Notes: generated by a model from the letters alone, not told the origin. Positions 19,014-28,899 are shown, counted from the stretch's first letter. The stretch is 57,689 bases of DNA from Bacillota bacterium (GCA_030055235.1 JASGUW010000091.1:1-57689); one strand, 5' to 3'. Numbers and translations: made by a program.

Positions 19014-19972
19014 TGGCGCCCTCCGCCGGACGCCCCAGACTGCTGGCACTGACGGGTCCCACCGCCAGCGGCAAGTCCGCCCTGGCCCTGGAACTCGCCC
19101 GCCGCCTTGAGGGCACGATCCTGAGTGCCGACAGCATGCAGGTCTATCAGGGCCTTGATATCGGTACCGCCAAGCCGACCGCGGCCGAGCGCGCTGAAAT
19201 CCCCCATGAGCTGCTGGACCTCGTCCCGGTTACCTCGAAATTCACGCCCGCCGACTACACGGCGGCGGCCCGGGCGGCGCTGGAGCGCTGCGATGTGGCT
19301 GGACGGACGCCGATTCTCTGCGGCGGAACGGGACAGTATGTGGAGGCAGTTCTGACCGGGGAGGACTACAGCGGACTGCCCTATGATCCCGATTTGCGTG
19401 AGAAGCTCGAAACGTTCCGGCAGGCAGAAGGACTTGAAACTCTGGTGCACCGCCTTCGGGAACTGGATCCCCTACGTGCGGAAAGCATCGACACGAAAAA
19501 CCCCCGCCGTGTTATCCGCGCCCTGGAAATCGCACTGGCCGGGGAGGGAGGGGGCGCCCGCCCGCAGCCTGTCGGCCTGCAGCGCCCTGCCGTGCTGGTC
19601 ATCCTCGATCCGCCCAGACCCTGGCTCTGGGAACGCATCGAAACACGCATCGGGCGCATGTTTGAAGCAGGACTGGCCGCAGAAGCACGCTGGCTTTTGG
19701 AGCAGAATCTGCCTGCGGACCAGACAGCGATGCAGGCCATCGGCTATAAGGAGCTCTTTCCCTGGCTCCGGGGCCTGGAGACAGAAAGCCAGGCCAGAGA
19801 ACGCCTGCTCGTTGCCACGCGCCGCTATGCCAAAAGGCAGCGTACCTGGTTGCGGCGCTATTCGCGCATTCAGGACCTTGAGATTCTTCATCTGAGCGAT
19901 TCCGGCCCGGACGTGCATGAGACGATCCTTGCCTTTTATCATGTGGATAAGTCTCCCGAAGCCGGGGTTTAA
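19013..19972 (+). CDS. miaA: tRNA dimethylallyltransferase MiaA
   Basis: P-loop GPTASGKS shortly after ATG 19013, which overlaps the mutL stop (TGATG). Conserved MiaA core (DSMQVY..LDIGTAKP). Confidence 0.9.
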   Translation: MAPSAGRPRLLALTGPTASGKSALALELARRLEGTILSADSMQVYQGLDIGTAKPTAAERAEIPHELLDLVPVTSKFTPADYTAAARAALERCDVAGRTPILCGGTGQYVEAVLTGEDYSGLPYDPDLREKLETFRQAEGLETLVHRLRELDPLRAESIDTKNPRRVIRALEIALAGEGGGARPQPVGLQRPAVLVILDPPRPWLWERIETRIGRMFEAGLAAEARWLLEQNLPADQTAMQAIGYKELFPWLRGLETESQARERLLVATRRYAKRQRTWLRRYSRIQDLEILHLSDSGPDVHETILAFYHVDKSPEAGV

Positions 19973-20069
19973 AGACCCTTGTCCCTCTGATACACCCCGC
20001 CTAAGCTTGAAGCCAACATCGGATGCGGCCGCGCATGTGGGCTGCGATAGCTTAAGGAGTGAAAATAAG

Positions 20070-20576
20070 ATGAAAGAGAAGAGATCCAGATCCCAGGTCA
20101 CCCCGCGACGTGTCACCCGAGTGGGCGATGATTATCGCTCCTCAGTTGAAAGCGTGGCACGGGACACCGAGTACGCGCCATCCGCCATCGCTACGCCTCT
20201 TGTTAGTGACGAGTCCAGCGACTGGATCGAAGAGGTTTTCGCCGATCTCAACCACACGGCACATGAACCGCCACGGCGCCGGGATCCCTACAACCGCGTT
20301 CAGGAGCGTTTCCTCGGCCGCTGCGTGCGCGAACGCGCGCGTGTGGAGATCATCACCCGTGACGAAAACGTCAGACAGGGCATGATCCGCGCCTTCGACC
20401 GCTGGACACTGCTGATGCAGGACGGGAATCGGCAGTGGCTGATGTTTAAGAACAGCATCCTCACCATCAGCCGCCAGGACGGCTGGAACTTTGAGCCCTC
20501 TCTGCCGGAATATGATGCGACGATGCGTCTGCTATCAGACGTCCGTTCGCACTACACCGATCACCTCACCCAGTAG
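20070..20576 (+). CDS. hfq: Hfq-like Sm-fold protein with a long N-terminal extension
   Basis: It occupies the classical position after miaA. Residues about 85-150 (VQERFLGRCVRERARVEIITRDENVRQGMIRAFDRWTLLMQDGNRQWLMFKNSILTIS) align by eye to the Hfq Sm1/Sm2 core. AAGGAG lies 10 nt upstream of ATG 20070. Confidence 0.6.
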   Translation: MKEKRSRSQVTPRRVTRVGDDYRSSVESVARDTEYAPSAIATPLVSDESSDWIEEVFADLNHTAHEPPRRRDPYNRVQERFLGRCVRERARVEIITRDENVRQGMIRAFDRWTLLMQDGNRQWLMFKNSILTISRQDGWNFEPSLPEYDATMRLLSDVRSHYTDHLTQ

Positions 20577-21182
20577 CTGACAGTCTTCACGGTCAAAGGG
20601 AATCGGCTCATAATTCTCGTTTTCCGGCAAAAGCCAGGGGCGCCCGTCACGGCGGACGAGACGCTTGACCGTCGCCTCCTCACCGATGAGGGCAACGACG
20701 ATGCTGTTCCAGGGAGCGGTCGTGCTCTGACGGCAGACGACCAGGTCTCCGCTTAGTATCGCGGCGTCGATCATGGAATCACCGCGGACGGTCAGGACAA
20801 AGAGGTCATCCTCCTCCGGGAAGAGGTCGCTGGAAAAGGGCAGCAGGCGGTCAATGGATTCGGTGGCCAGGATGGGCACACCGGCGGTAACAGTGCCGAT
20901 AAGGGGCACAAAGCGCGTCTGATCGCGGCGGGCGGCCAGCTCGTCGCGATCTTCCTCTGTCAGCGTAATGGCGCGGCGCTTTCCGGCCTCATAGGTGAGA
21001 CGGCCGTCGGCCTCCAGACGCTTGAGGTGGGCGTGTACGGTCGAAGTCGAACCAATGCCGACCCCGTCACAGATGTCACGCACCGAAGGCGCATAGCCGT
21101 TTTCTTCAATATATTGAACAATATAACGATAGACCCGATCGGAGGTCTCCTGGAGATTGGCTCTGGTGAAACGTCTGGCCAT
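20535..21182 (-). CDS. lexA: LexA repressor
   Basis: Winged-HTH N-terminus, an Ala-Gly cleavage context (VTAGVP), and the catalytic Ser (GDSM) and Lys (VKRL). Its 3' end overlaps the hfq-like gene convergently by 42 nt. Confidence 0.92.
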   Translation of the reverse strand: MARRFTRANLQETSDRVYRYIVQYIEENGYAPSVRDICDGVGIGSTSTVHAHLKRLEADGRLTYEAGKRRAITLTEEDRDELAARRDQTRFVPLIGTVTAGVPILATESIDRLLPFSSDLFPEEDDLFVLTVRGDSMIDAAILSGDLVVCRQSTTAPWNSIVVALIGEEATVKRLVRRDGRPWLLPENENYEPIPFDREDCQLLGEVIGVVRTDV

Positions 21183-21208
21183 GGTATGATGCCTCCTTTT
21201 GCGTCAGG

Positions 21209-21222
21209 CTAACATATGTTCG
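21209..21222. promoter_or_regulatory. LexA (Cheo/SOS) box 1 upstream of lexA
   Basis: CTAACATATGTTCG matches CGAAC-N4-GTTCG at 13 of 14 positions. It lies 27 nt upstream of the lexA start. Confidence 0.7.
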
Positions 21223-21231
21223 TTTTAACGT

Positions 21232-21245
21232 CAAACAGTTGTTCG
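21232..21245. promoter_or_regulatory. LexA (Cheo/SOS) box 2 upstream of lexA
   Basis: CAAACAGTTGTTCG matches CGAAC-N4-GTTCG at 13 of 14 positions. Confidence 0.6.
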
Positions 21246-21390
21246 TCTTTGGATACAAGTCATATTTGTCGGGGCGACCAGTCTTTTCCCGAACCTTCCA
21301 CAAGCAGCTGCAACACCAGAGTTTTTGCGCAGCTTGAATACGTTGCTTTTACAGATCTTCACTTCCACGAGCAGTCATAGATGTTGACGC

Positions 21391-21440
21391 TGGGCGCAGA
21401 TTGAAATAACAGGAATGAAAAATGGCGGCGATCGGCGGAG
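21391..21440 (+). repeat. dispersed ~50-nt motif, copy a
   Basis: TGGGCGCAGATTGAAATAACAGGAATGAAAAATGGCGGCGATCGGCGGAG closely resembles 34481-34531. A weaker relative lies at about 57380-57417. Confidence 0.6.
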
Positions 21441-21715
21441 CCTGTCTGGATAAAGCTGCTGCGGATTGTGATGGACTTGGAAGAATGTCCGAACGTTCTT
21501 GTATTTACGTATTTCGTATAACGGCAAAGCTCTCTCATGTAGAGGGCTCTGGAAAGCTCACATGCCAGTCAGCACCAGGAAAAATGCTCTCAGCTTACTT
21601 AAGTTGTCAAAGAAACGACGAAACATTGTGGTAGCATGATTTCGTTGGCTTTTGTCTTTTGTATCTATCTGAAATACCTTATCGTCCGGACATCCTGGAA
21701 CAGGAAAGTGCAATA

Positions 21716-23929
21716 ATGAATAAAAAAATGCTTCAAAGGATTACTGGGATTGTTATTGCATTGACGTTCATGCTTGGTATTCTGCCCGGATACCCTTCGA
21801 CCAAAAACCATGCAGCAGGCCTCGCCGGACTAGATATCACACACTCTGACGCTGATGGTTTCCTGGCTCCCGGAGAGACGGTCACACTCAGCGTCTCCCT
21901 AAGCGATTATGATGACGCCGCCGATCCTGTTACGGCCTTACAGGTGAGCGTCCCGCTTGATCCAGCCATTGTCGAATATGTCTCGTGTGCGGTCATTGCC
22001 ACGGGAAATCCGAACGATATCATCGGTGCAGGCTTTAACGAAGCGACGAAGCAGCTTGAGTTTATCTATGCTTCCAACAGCTTTGATGAGGCCGGCGATC
22101 TTCTGCCACTTCCCGTCTCCAACACTACGCTGCTGGAACTAACGATTCGCATTCGGGAGAATTTGGAAACAGACCTTGTCTTGACCCAGGCGGCCGGCAT
22201 GTACGGTGATACGACGGGGCTAAGCTATACCATATTGAATATTCTGGCCAGCCCGCCTGAAATAACACTCAATGATCTTGAACCAAGCGAAACACCTTAC
22301 GTGGGAGACGTGAGCATCGCCTGGAACAAAGGTGAGGGGGTCCTTACGGTAGACGGTGGAAAAGCCATACCGATCACGAGTGGGCATCTTGTCAGTACCA
22401 GTGGCGACTATGAAGTAACAGTGACAGACGCAGTGGGCAATTCCAGAACAGCAGCATTCCGTATCATCTCAGCTCTGCATTCTCCCGAATTAAGCGTTAC
22501 TCCAGGTTCAGGAATGACCGGTCAGCCGCTGTTACTGTCTGCCTCTGTCATGGAGGGACTGTCTCCCTATGAGTATCGCTTTTATGTCATTGGGACTGAA
22601 GGTATCAAAGAGACAATTCAGTCCTATTCGGCTGACAATACCTGCAACTTTGTTCCAGCCGTTGCCGGGATCCATACACTGGGTGTGGAGATAAGGGATT
22701 CTCTGGGCTTTGAAGTCAACACTGAGACAGAAGTGACGGTTTCTGCCTATGTCAGCCCACTGGGTATAGCAGTATTCAGTGCCGGAGACTCTGATAGCTG
22801 TGAACCGGGTCAAACGATTGATCTTACCGCTCAGGGTGAGGGCGGAACTGAGCCATACTATTACCATTTTTATGTTCTGGACTTGAATGGCAATCGCATA
22901 GATTTCCAGACAAACCCGGATTTATCGAATACCTGTTCATGGACCCCTGATACAGCTGGCACCTACACCCTGGGAGTGGATGTCTACGACACCACCGGAA
23001 CAAAGCTAACTCAGGAGAAGACGATTTCCGTGACGGCGCCGGTTGTACCACCTTTATCCATAGCCGTCTTCCGCGCGGGCTGGTCCGATACCTATGAGCT
23101 CGGGCAGACGATCAATCTGGCGGCTCGAGGCGAAGGTGGAACGGCTCCTTACCGGTACCAGTTCTATGTCCTGCGCTCGAACGGCAGCCGGGTGAATTTC
23201 CGGAAGACCCCTGTTTCATCGAATATCTATCCATGGACCCCTGTTACAGCTGACACCTACACACTTGGAGTGGACATCCATGATGCCGCCGGCAACATGG
23301 TGACCGAAGAAAAGACGATAACGGTGACGGCGCCGGCTGCACCGCCTTTATCCATTGCTGTCTTCCGCGCCGGCTGGTCCGATACCTATGAGCTGGGTCA
23401 GACGATCAATCTGGCGGCTCGAGGGGAGGGCGGAACGGCTCCTTACAAGTACCAGTTCTACGTCCTGCGCTCGAATGGCAGTCGGGTGAATTTCCGTAAA
23501 ACCCCTGTATCAGCGAATATCTATCCATGGACCCCTGTTACAGCTGACAGCTACACGCTGGGAGTGGATGTGCATGATGCCGCCGGCAACAAGGTGACCG
23601 AAGAGAAGACGATAACGGTGACGACGCCGGCTGTACCGCCTCTATCCATTGCCGTCTTCCGCGCCGGCTGGTCCGATACCTATGAGCTCGGGCAGACGAT
23701 CAATCTGGCGGCTCGAGGGGAGGGCGGAACGGCTCCTTACAAGTACCAGTTCTACGTCCTGCGCTCAAATGGCAGCCGGGTGAATTTCCGGAAAACCCCT
23801 GTTTCAGCGAATATCTATCCGTGGACCCCTGTTACACCGGACAGCTACACGCTGGGAGTGGATGTCTATGATGCCGCAGGTGCAAAAGTGACTGAAGAGA
23901 AGACAATTACCATTGTGCCCAGGCCGTAG
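21716..23929 (+). CDS. secreted protein with an N-terminal cohesin-like module and five Y_Y_Y-type beta-sandwich repeats
   Basis: Signal peptide MNKKMLQRITGIVIALTFMLGILPG. A cohesin-like segment (DITHSDADGFLAPGETVTLSVSLSD...LQVSVPLDPAIVEYVS) is followed by repeats carrying PYEYRFYV, PYYYHFYV, PYRYQFYV and PYKYQFYV. No LPXTG or other anchor was seen. Confidence 0.7.
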   Translation: MNKKMLQRITGIVIALTFMLGILPGYPSTKNHAAGLAGLDITHSDADGFLAPGETVTLSVSLSDYDDAADPVTALQVSVPLDPAIVEYVSCAVIATGNPNDIIGAGFNEATKQLEFIYASNSFDEAGDLLPLPVSNTTLLELTIRIRENLETDLVLTQAAGMYGDTTGLSYTILNILASPPEITLNDLEPSETPYVGDVSIAWNKGEGVLTVDGGKAIPITSGHLVSTSGDYEVTVTDAVGNSRTAAFRIISALHSPELSVTPGSGMTGQPLLLSASVMEGLSPYEYRFYVIGTEGIKETIQSYSADNTCNFVPAVAGIHTLGVEIRDSLGFEVNTETEVTVSAYVSPLGIAVFSAGDSDSCEPGQTIDLTAQGEGGTEPYYYHFYVLDLNGNRIDFQTNPDLSNTCSWTPDTAGTYTLGVDVYDTTGTKLTQEKTISVTAPVVPPLSIAVFRAGWSDTYELGQTINLAARGEGGTAPYRYQFYVLRSNGSRVNFRKTPVSSNIYPWTPVTADTYTLGVDIHDAAGNMVTEEKTITVTAPAAPPLSIAVFRAGWSDTYELGQTINLAARGEGGTAPYKYQFYVLRSNGSRVNFRKTPVSANIYPWTPVTADSYTLGVDVHDAAGNKVTEEKTITVTTPAVPPLSIAVFRAGWSDTYELGQTINLAARGEGGTAPYKYQFYVLRSNGSRVNFRKTPVSANIYPWTPVTPDSYTLGVDVYDAAGAKVTEEKTITIVPRP
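23048..23929 (+). repeat. three near-identical 294-bp (98-aa) in-frame tandem repeats inside the cohesin/Y_Y_Y gene
   Basis: Unit starts (CCN CCT YTA TCC AT) at 23048, 23342 and 23636. Only a few substitutions separate the units. Confidence 0.9.
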
Positions 23930-23992
23930 GACAGGCGCATAGTGCGCTATTTCTCTGTGTAATTCCGCAACAGGCTTTGAGAGCTTAGCTAA

Positions 23993-26900
23993 ATGAAGAG
24001 AGTTAAGGCGATGAAAGAAAAAAGATATCTTCAGCTGACGGCAAGTTTACTTACTCTGCTTCTCTTGATTGGCACATTCATCCCAGGGGACATTCATGCG
24101 TATGAAACAGCAGGAACTTGTTCGTTGGCTGATTCTGGTCTTCCGCCCCTGGCTCAAGCTGCTCCTGTAGGTGACTATATATTCGATCGTACGATTGGAA
24201 TGATCACGGACTATATAGGTCATGACAGGGATCTTGTAATACCATCTGAATTAGACGGTGTCTTCGTTGAGAAGATTGGTGGAAGCGCGTTTAACAATAA
24301 GCAACTAATAAGTGTGATCATTCCTGATACCGTAACTTATATAGGTGAACACGCGTTTTCCCATAATCAACTGACGAGGGTCGTGATTCCTGATTCTGTG
24401 ACGGAGATTGGCAGCGGAGCCTTCCAGTACAATCAACTGGCAAGCGTAAAGATTTCTGCTTCTGTGACAGAAATTCGCGACTGGACATTTCAGCATAATA
24501 AACTTACGAGCGTAGTGATTCCCAATTCTGTGACTTCTATTGGTGAATGGGCGTTTAAAAATAATCAACTGGAGAGTGTAGAGATTCCCGATTCTGTTAC
24601 CAGGATTGGTGATGCAACCTTTCATGATAATCAGCTTAAGAGCGTAGCCATTCCTGATTCCGTCACCTATTTGGGTGCTGGCGCATTTTCCCGAAATCAA
24701 TTGTTTAGTCTTTTAATTCCCTACTCTATAACAACGATTAGCGAAGATGCGTTTGCTGACAATCAAATAATGAGCCTGGTCATCCCCAATACCGTAACGG
24801 AGATAGGCGCTAATGCGTTTTTAAGGAACCAATTGCTAAACGTATTTATCCCCAATTCTGTGACGAAGATCGGCCGGGCGGCATTTCAACAGAATCAACT
24901 GACAAGAGTCACGATTCCCAATTCCGTGACGCTGATTGATGAACAGGCATTTGCTTTTAATCAACTGACGAGTGTCTTGATTCCTGATTCCGTAACACAA
25001 ATTGCTCCATCTGCGTTTGCCAACAATCAATTAACGAATCTTGCTATTCCCGATTCCGTAGTTCAAATTCAAAATTTTGCTTTTGCCAACAATCGCTTGA
25101 GAAGTGTAAGGCTGCCCCAAAACCTGGATATGATCGGAATAGCTGCCTTTTGCAACAATGAATTATGCATGATCGATCTGCCCGGCAGCATAAGAGCACT
25201 TTATCTGGATCCCTTTACGAATCCGATATACCATCCCAGCCAAACTGAAGTACTGCAATACTGCTTTGATCCAGAAGTCATTACGCACGGCTTCCAGCTG
25301 CCTCCAACGGATTCCCATCCCGAGGTGCCGGCTTTTTCGCTGCCGAACCTTGATTTTGGCACAGGCGGTGCCGCAAGTATAAAAGGCCCTGTTATCAATT
25401 TTTTCGGGAAAGATTTCCCTTTATTTGAGTTTCCTTTCGCCGCAGAGCTAAGTGTAGGCAAAGGTGAAATCGAGTATGACCATGCAGAGAAAAAATTTAA
25501 AGTGACTTATGGTTATCTTCGTCCTCCAAGTCAGAGCGGAGAGCAGGACAATTATTGGACGGATACCTATAAAGAACTAAAACAGTGCATGAATTTCTTT
25601 GGAAAAACGACTGATGAAAATTTTTATAATCGTTTTAGAAGTCTGCGCAAGGAAATGAATGCCGTTAACCATAGGCTGAACTTTGATTTTGATCAAAACA
25701 TTCTGGGCTATATTGAGTTCACTGTGAAGAACGGCAAACCGGAATTTCTGGAAGGTGGAGCCTGCATACTGATTGAGTCTGAATTCAGTCTGGATTTTCC
25801 TGTCAAACCTCCTGTTCTCTTTCTCAGATTCGGCCTGGAGGGTTCCCTGCAAACAGGTTTTGAAATCGTGCCAATTGATGGAATAACTGATTTAGCCATG
25901 CTTTCGAAAATTGAGTTTAAGCTGGCACCACGCATGGGCGCAGTCGTTAAAGCACTCGTAGCCGAGGCTGAAGCTGGCCTAAAGGGCGAGTTTGCCGGGA
26001 CGCTTGAAACACCCAAAAAATCCTTATCCGAGGCTCTCACGCTTACAACACAGCTGTCCGTTTACTTGAAAGTCAAGGCCCTTGGTTTCAAATTTAAGAT
26101 GGAGCAAAAATTTCCCGAAGCGCAACTGTATCCCCAATCCCGTCAGACAAGTGATTTTCGAATAACAGCAGATGACTTCAGCTTAATCCCACGCCTAACA
26201 GACAGGCGGACGCTTCGTGGGACGCCGTCGACGGCCTTTGCCGATAACGTCAATGCCTACTGCGATCCTCAGCTCGTCAGCTTCTCTGACGGCCGCCGGC
26301 TGCTGCTTTGGATCGACGACGCCCCGGACCGCAGTGACGAGAACCGCTCCATACTGCAGTATTCTGTCTTTGATGGTGAAAACTGGAGTCTGCCTCAGGC
26401 TGTTGAAGATGACGGTACGGTGGATTTTGAGCCCCGCCTCGTCTCCGACGGGACATATGCCTACCTTATCTGGCAGAACGGCATTCGTGTCTTCGATGAG
26501 ACTGTTACGTTGGAAGAGATGGCAGCCGCTGTCGATCTTCGCTATGCCAGATTTGACGGCAGCACATTCACTGACTTCGCAACGCTCACGTCATCAAGCA
26601 CAGCATATGAGAGCCGCCCCCGTATTGCTGTCAATAATGCGGAAGTAACGGTTGTCTGGCAGGAGAACAGTGCTGCAGACATATTCAGCCTGGAAGAGAC
26701 ACAGTCCCTCTACCGACGAACACTTTTAGATGGGGCATGGAGCGATTGTGAGCTTCTCTTTTCCGGTATTGCTTCAATCGGCAGTCTGGATACCGCATAC
26801 AATGATGGAGTCAATGTTGTGGCGTATACCGCCAAAACAGGCAGCGATCCCGAACAGATGCATGACAGCGATCTGTTCTATATTGACGGCAGTACACATT

Positions 26901-28720
26901 ATCGCCTTACAGATGATTCAGCCGCCGACGATTCGGTGTTCTTTCTGAGGCAGGGAGATCAGGCAGAGCTTTACTGGTGCTCTGATGCGCTGATCAAGAG
27001 ACTTGCAGGCGGCAATGTCTCAGAGGCCAGGGAAATCATTAGTACTTACGATATCACCGGCAGCGGTATTCAGGTCATCTCCAACAGCCGTGGCGATAAG
27101 GCGATTCTCTGGGAGCAGACAAAGGACTTTGGCAGTGAACTTTATATCTCCTACTATGATCCGCTTGAAGATAGCTGGACCGCCGGTGTCAGGCTTGCGA
27201 CTGAGCTCGGTAAGCTGCGCAGCTGGAGCTCTTATCTTGACGATGATGCCAATCTGCACACAGCTTATGGCCTGGCGACGATCGTGGATGATTCCGGTAC
27301 TTCAGAACCCTTTGGCGCAACTAGCCTGTATTTCAGTGCCAGTTCAAGACAATGTGATCTTCGTGTAGACGAAGAATTCTGGACGGTGTCGCCCATTTCT
27401 CCTGAGGCCAAGATCGAGATTCAGGGCGTAGTGACGAATACGGGGGAATTGCCTGTCAGCGAACTCACAGTGAATGTCTATGCCGGTGAAACGCTGCTTG
27501 ACACACATGCACTGGCTCAACGCATCGAGGTCGCTGAACGCGCGTATATTTCGATACCCTATACATTGCCTGCTGCCATCAGCAAACAGACGCTGCGCGT
27601 TGAAGTCCTGCCTGCTGCTGGCACCGACCGGGATCTGACGGATAATCTGGGCCAGTTCAGTTATGGATACTCCGATTTGGAGATGGATCAGATCACGGAG
27701 GTCCTGACGCCTGCCGGGCGGGAGCTGCATGTCACAGTCCGCAACAGCGGCTATGATCCGGCAAGCCCCGTGACCTTGAAGCTGCGCAGGAATAATCAGC
27801 TTGGTGAGCTGCTTGATACAAAAACAGCAGTCTCTCTGAACGGCGGAGAAACGATCGACATGGTCTTTGAGATCGCGTCGTCGGATCTGATTGCAGCGGA
27901 CGGAGAACTTGGCTGTCTTTTCTATCTTGATGTATCAACTGACTCTCCTGAAGCCAACTATGCCAATAACAGTGAGGTCGTTCTTCTGAACGGTGATGAG
28001 TTAAGCCTGGGCGATGCCACAGGAGACGGTTTCATTAATATCTTTGACATTATGGCGGTGAGAGACCACATGCTTGGGCTCTCTATCCTGTCCGGCAGCC
28101 AGTACCGTTCCGCTGACATGACACAGGATGGAGTGATTGATGCTCAGGATCTTGAGGCCATCATGGATCACATACTGGGCAACAGCGCAGAGGATCCTTC
28201 ATCCACGGCTCTTGAACCCGGTCCGGATCCGATGATGTCGGATACGAATCCCATGCGTAGTCTCTCTCTTGGTGATTCAGCCGGAGAAGAAGCTGCCGCT
28301 GTGGGATCAGACAAAGGCATTTTGGATACTGATACCACACAGGAACTTGTGTCAGAAGAAACTGTGGAAGATGAAACGACCGCAGAAAGCCCGGACGGGA
28401 CAATACCCGATTCGAATACCACGTATGATGCTCCTGAAGCAGACTCTAGCGAAGAGCAAACGACTGAAGAGATCCCGGACGAAGCTGGTCTGGATACGGA
28501 TGCGACGCTGGAAACTCCGCTTAAAGACTCTGCCACAGATGAAACGACTGCAGAAGACATTAAAGACGAAACAATTCCAGAGTCGGATGTCATGCAGGAA
28601 ATTCCTGAAGAAGATTCCGCCGCAGAGCAAAGCGCAGAAGAAGTGATTGACGAAATCATTTCTGAGCTGACAGAGGAAACGACAGAAAGCGCGGTACCGA
28701 CAGCAGCCGCTGGGGAGTAG
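23993..28720 (+). CDS. large secreted protein with BspA-type leucine-rich repeats, a central beta-rich region, a CARDB-like segment, a dockerin-like module and an acidic tail
   Basis: 1575 aa with a signal peptide. About 15 repeats of about 23 aa of the form IP.SVT.IG..AF..NQL.SV. Dockerin-like duplicated Ca-loop segments DATGDGFINIFD and DMTQDGVIDAQD (DNA about 28000-28185). E/D/T-rich tail (about 28310-28717). Confidence 0.78.
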   Translation: MKRVKAMKEKRYLQLTASLLTLLLLIGTFIPGDIHAYETAGTCSLADSGLPPLAQAAPVGDYIFDRTIGMITDYIGHDRDLVIPSELDGVFVEKIGGSAFNNKQLISVIIPDTVTYIGEHAFSHNQLTRVVIPDSVTEIGSGAFQYNQLASVKISASVTEIRDWTFQHNKLTSVVIPNSVTSIGEWAFKNNQLESVEIPDSVTRIGDATFHDNQLKSVAIPDSVTYLGAGAFSRNQLFSLLIPYSITTISEDAFADNQIMSLVIPNTVTEIGANAFLRNQLLNVFIPNSVTKIGRAAFQQNQLTRVTIPNSVTLIDEQAFAFNQLTSVLIPDSVTQIAPSAFANNQLTNLAIPDSVVQIQNFAFANNRLRSVRLPQNLDMIGIAAFCNNELCMIDLPGSIRALYLDPFTNPIYHPSQTEVLQYCFDPEVITHGFQLPPTDSHPEVPAFSLPNLDFGTGGAASIKGPVINFFGKDFPLFEFPFAAELSVGKGEIEYDHAEKKFKVTYGYLRPPSQSGEQDNYWTDTYKELKQCMNFFGKTTDENFYNRFRSLRKEMNAVNHRLNFDFDQNILGYIEFTVKNGKPEFLEGGACILIESEFSLDFPVKPPVLFLRFGLEGSLQTGFEIVPIDGITDLAMLSKIEFKLAPRMGAVVKALVAEAEAGLKGEFAGTLETPKKSLSEALTLTTQLSVYLKVKALGFKFKMEQKFPEAQLYPQSRQTSDFRITADDFSLIPRLTDRRTLRGTPSTAFADNVNAYCDPQLVSFSDGRRLLLWIDDAPDRSDENRSILQYSVFDGENWSLPQAVEDDGTVDFEPRLVSDGTYAYLIWQNGIRVFDETVTLEEMAAAVDLRYARFDGSTFTDFATLTSSSTAYESRPRIAVNNAEVTVVWQENSAADIFSLEETQSLYRRTLLDGAWSDCELLFSGIASIGSLDTAYNDGVNVVAYTAKTGSDPEQMHDSDLFYIDGSTHYRLTDDSAADDSVFFLRQGDQAELYWCSDALIKRLAGGNVSEAREIISTYDITGSGIQVISNSRGDKAILWEQTKDFGSELYISYYDPLEDSWTAGVRLATELGKLRSWSSYLDDDANLHTAYGLATIVDDSGTSEPFGATSLYFSASSRQCDLRVDEEFWTVSPISPEAKIEIQGVVTNTGELPVSELTVNVYAGETLLDTHALAQRIEVAERAYISIPYTLPAAISKQTLRVEVLPAAGTDRDLTDNLGQFSYGYSDLEMDQITEVLTPAGRELHVTVRNSGYDPASPVTLKLRRNNQLGELLDTKTAVSLNGGETIDMVFEIASSDLIAADGELGCLFYLDVSTDSPEANYANNSEVVLLNGDELSLGDATGDGFINIFDIMAVRDHMLGLSILSGSQYRSADMTQDGVIDAQDLEAIMDHILGNSAEDPSSTALEPGPDPMMSDTNPMRSLSLGDSAGEEAAAVGSDKGILDTDTTQELVSEETVEDETTAESPDGTIPDSNTTYDAPEADSSEEQTTEEIPDEAGLDTDATLETPLKDSATDETTAEDIKDETIPESDVMQEIPEEDSAAEQSAEEVIDEIISELTEETTESAVPTAAAGE

Positions 28721-28899
28721 GGGGCAGGGCAGTGCGTCCGTCATACGCCGCTCGCCAGATGTGATGGTCTCCCAAACGAGCCGCGGAATCCGGTCGGCCT
28801 GTTCCCGGCCAGGTCAACAGCTGTTTTCCGGCAGTGCTTCAAGCAGATGCACTTTCCGCGGCTGTTCTATACTTTTAACTGCCATCTAACATTCGCGAC

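Noticed and set aside
21300-21715. A c-di-GMP (GEMM) riboswitch or an invertible promoter was sought upstream of the surface-protein genes.
   Set aside because: Only a loose GGCAAAGC resemblance was found, with no ACGCAAAGC/GGCAAACC pair or tetraloop-receptor layout. I also found no flanking inverted repeats of the inverton type.
23048-23929. The near-identical repeats were considered as a diversity-generating retroelement template/variable repeat pair.
   Set aside because: No reverse transcriptase or accessory gene is present. The differences are not adenine-specific, and the repeats are in-frame structural domain duplications.
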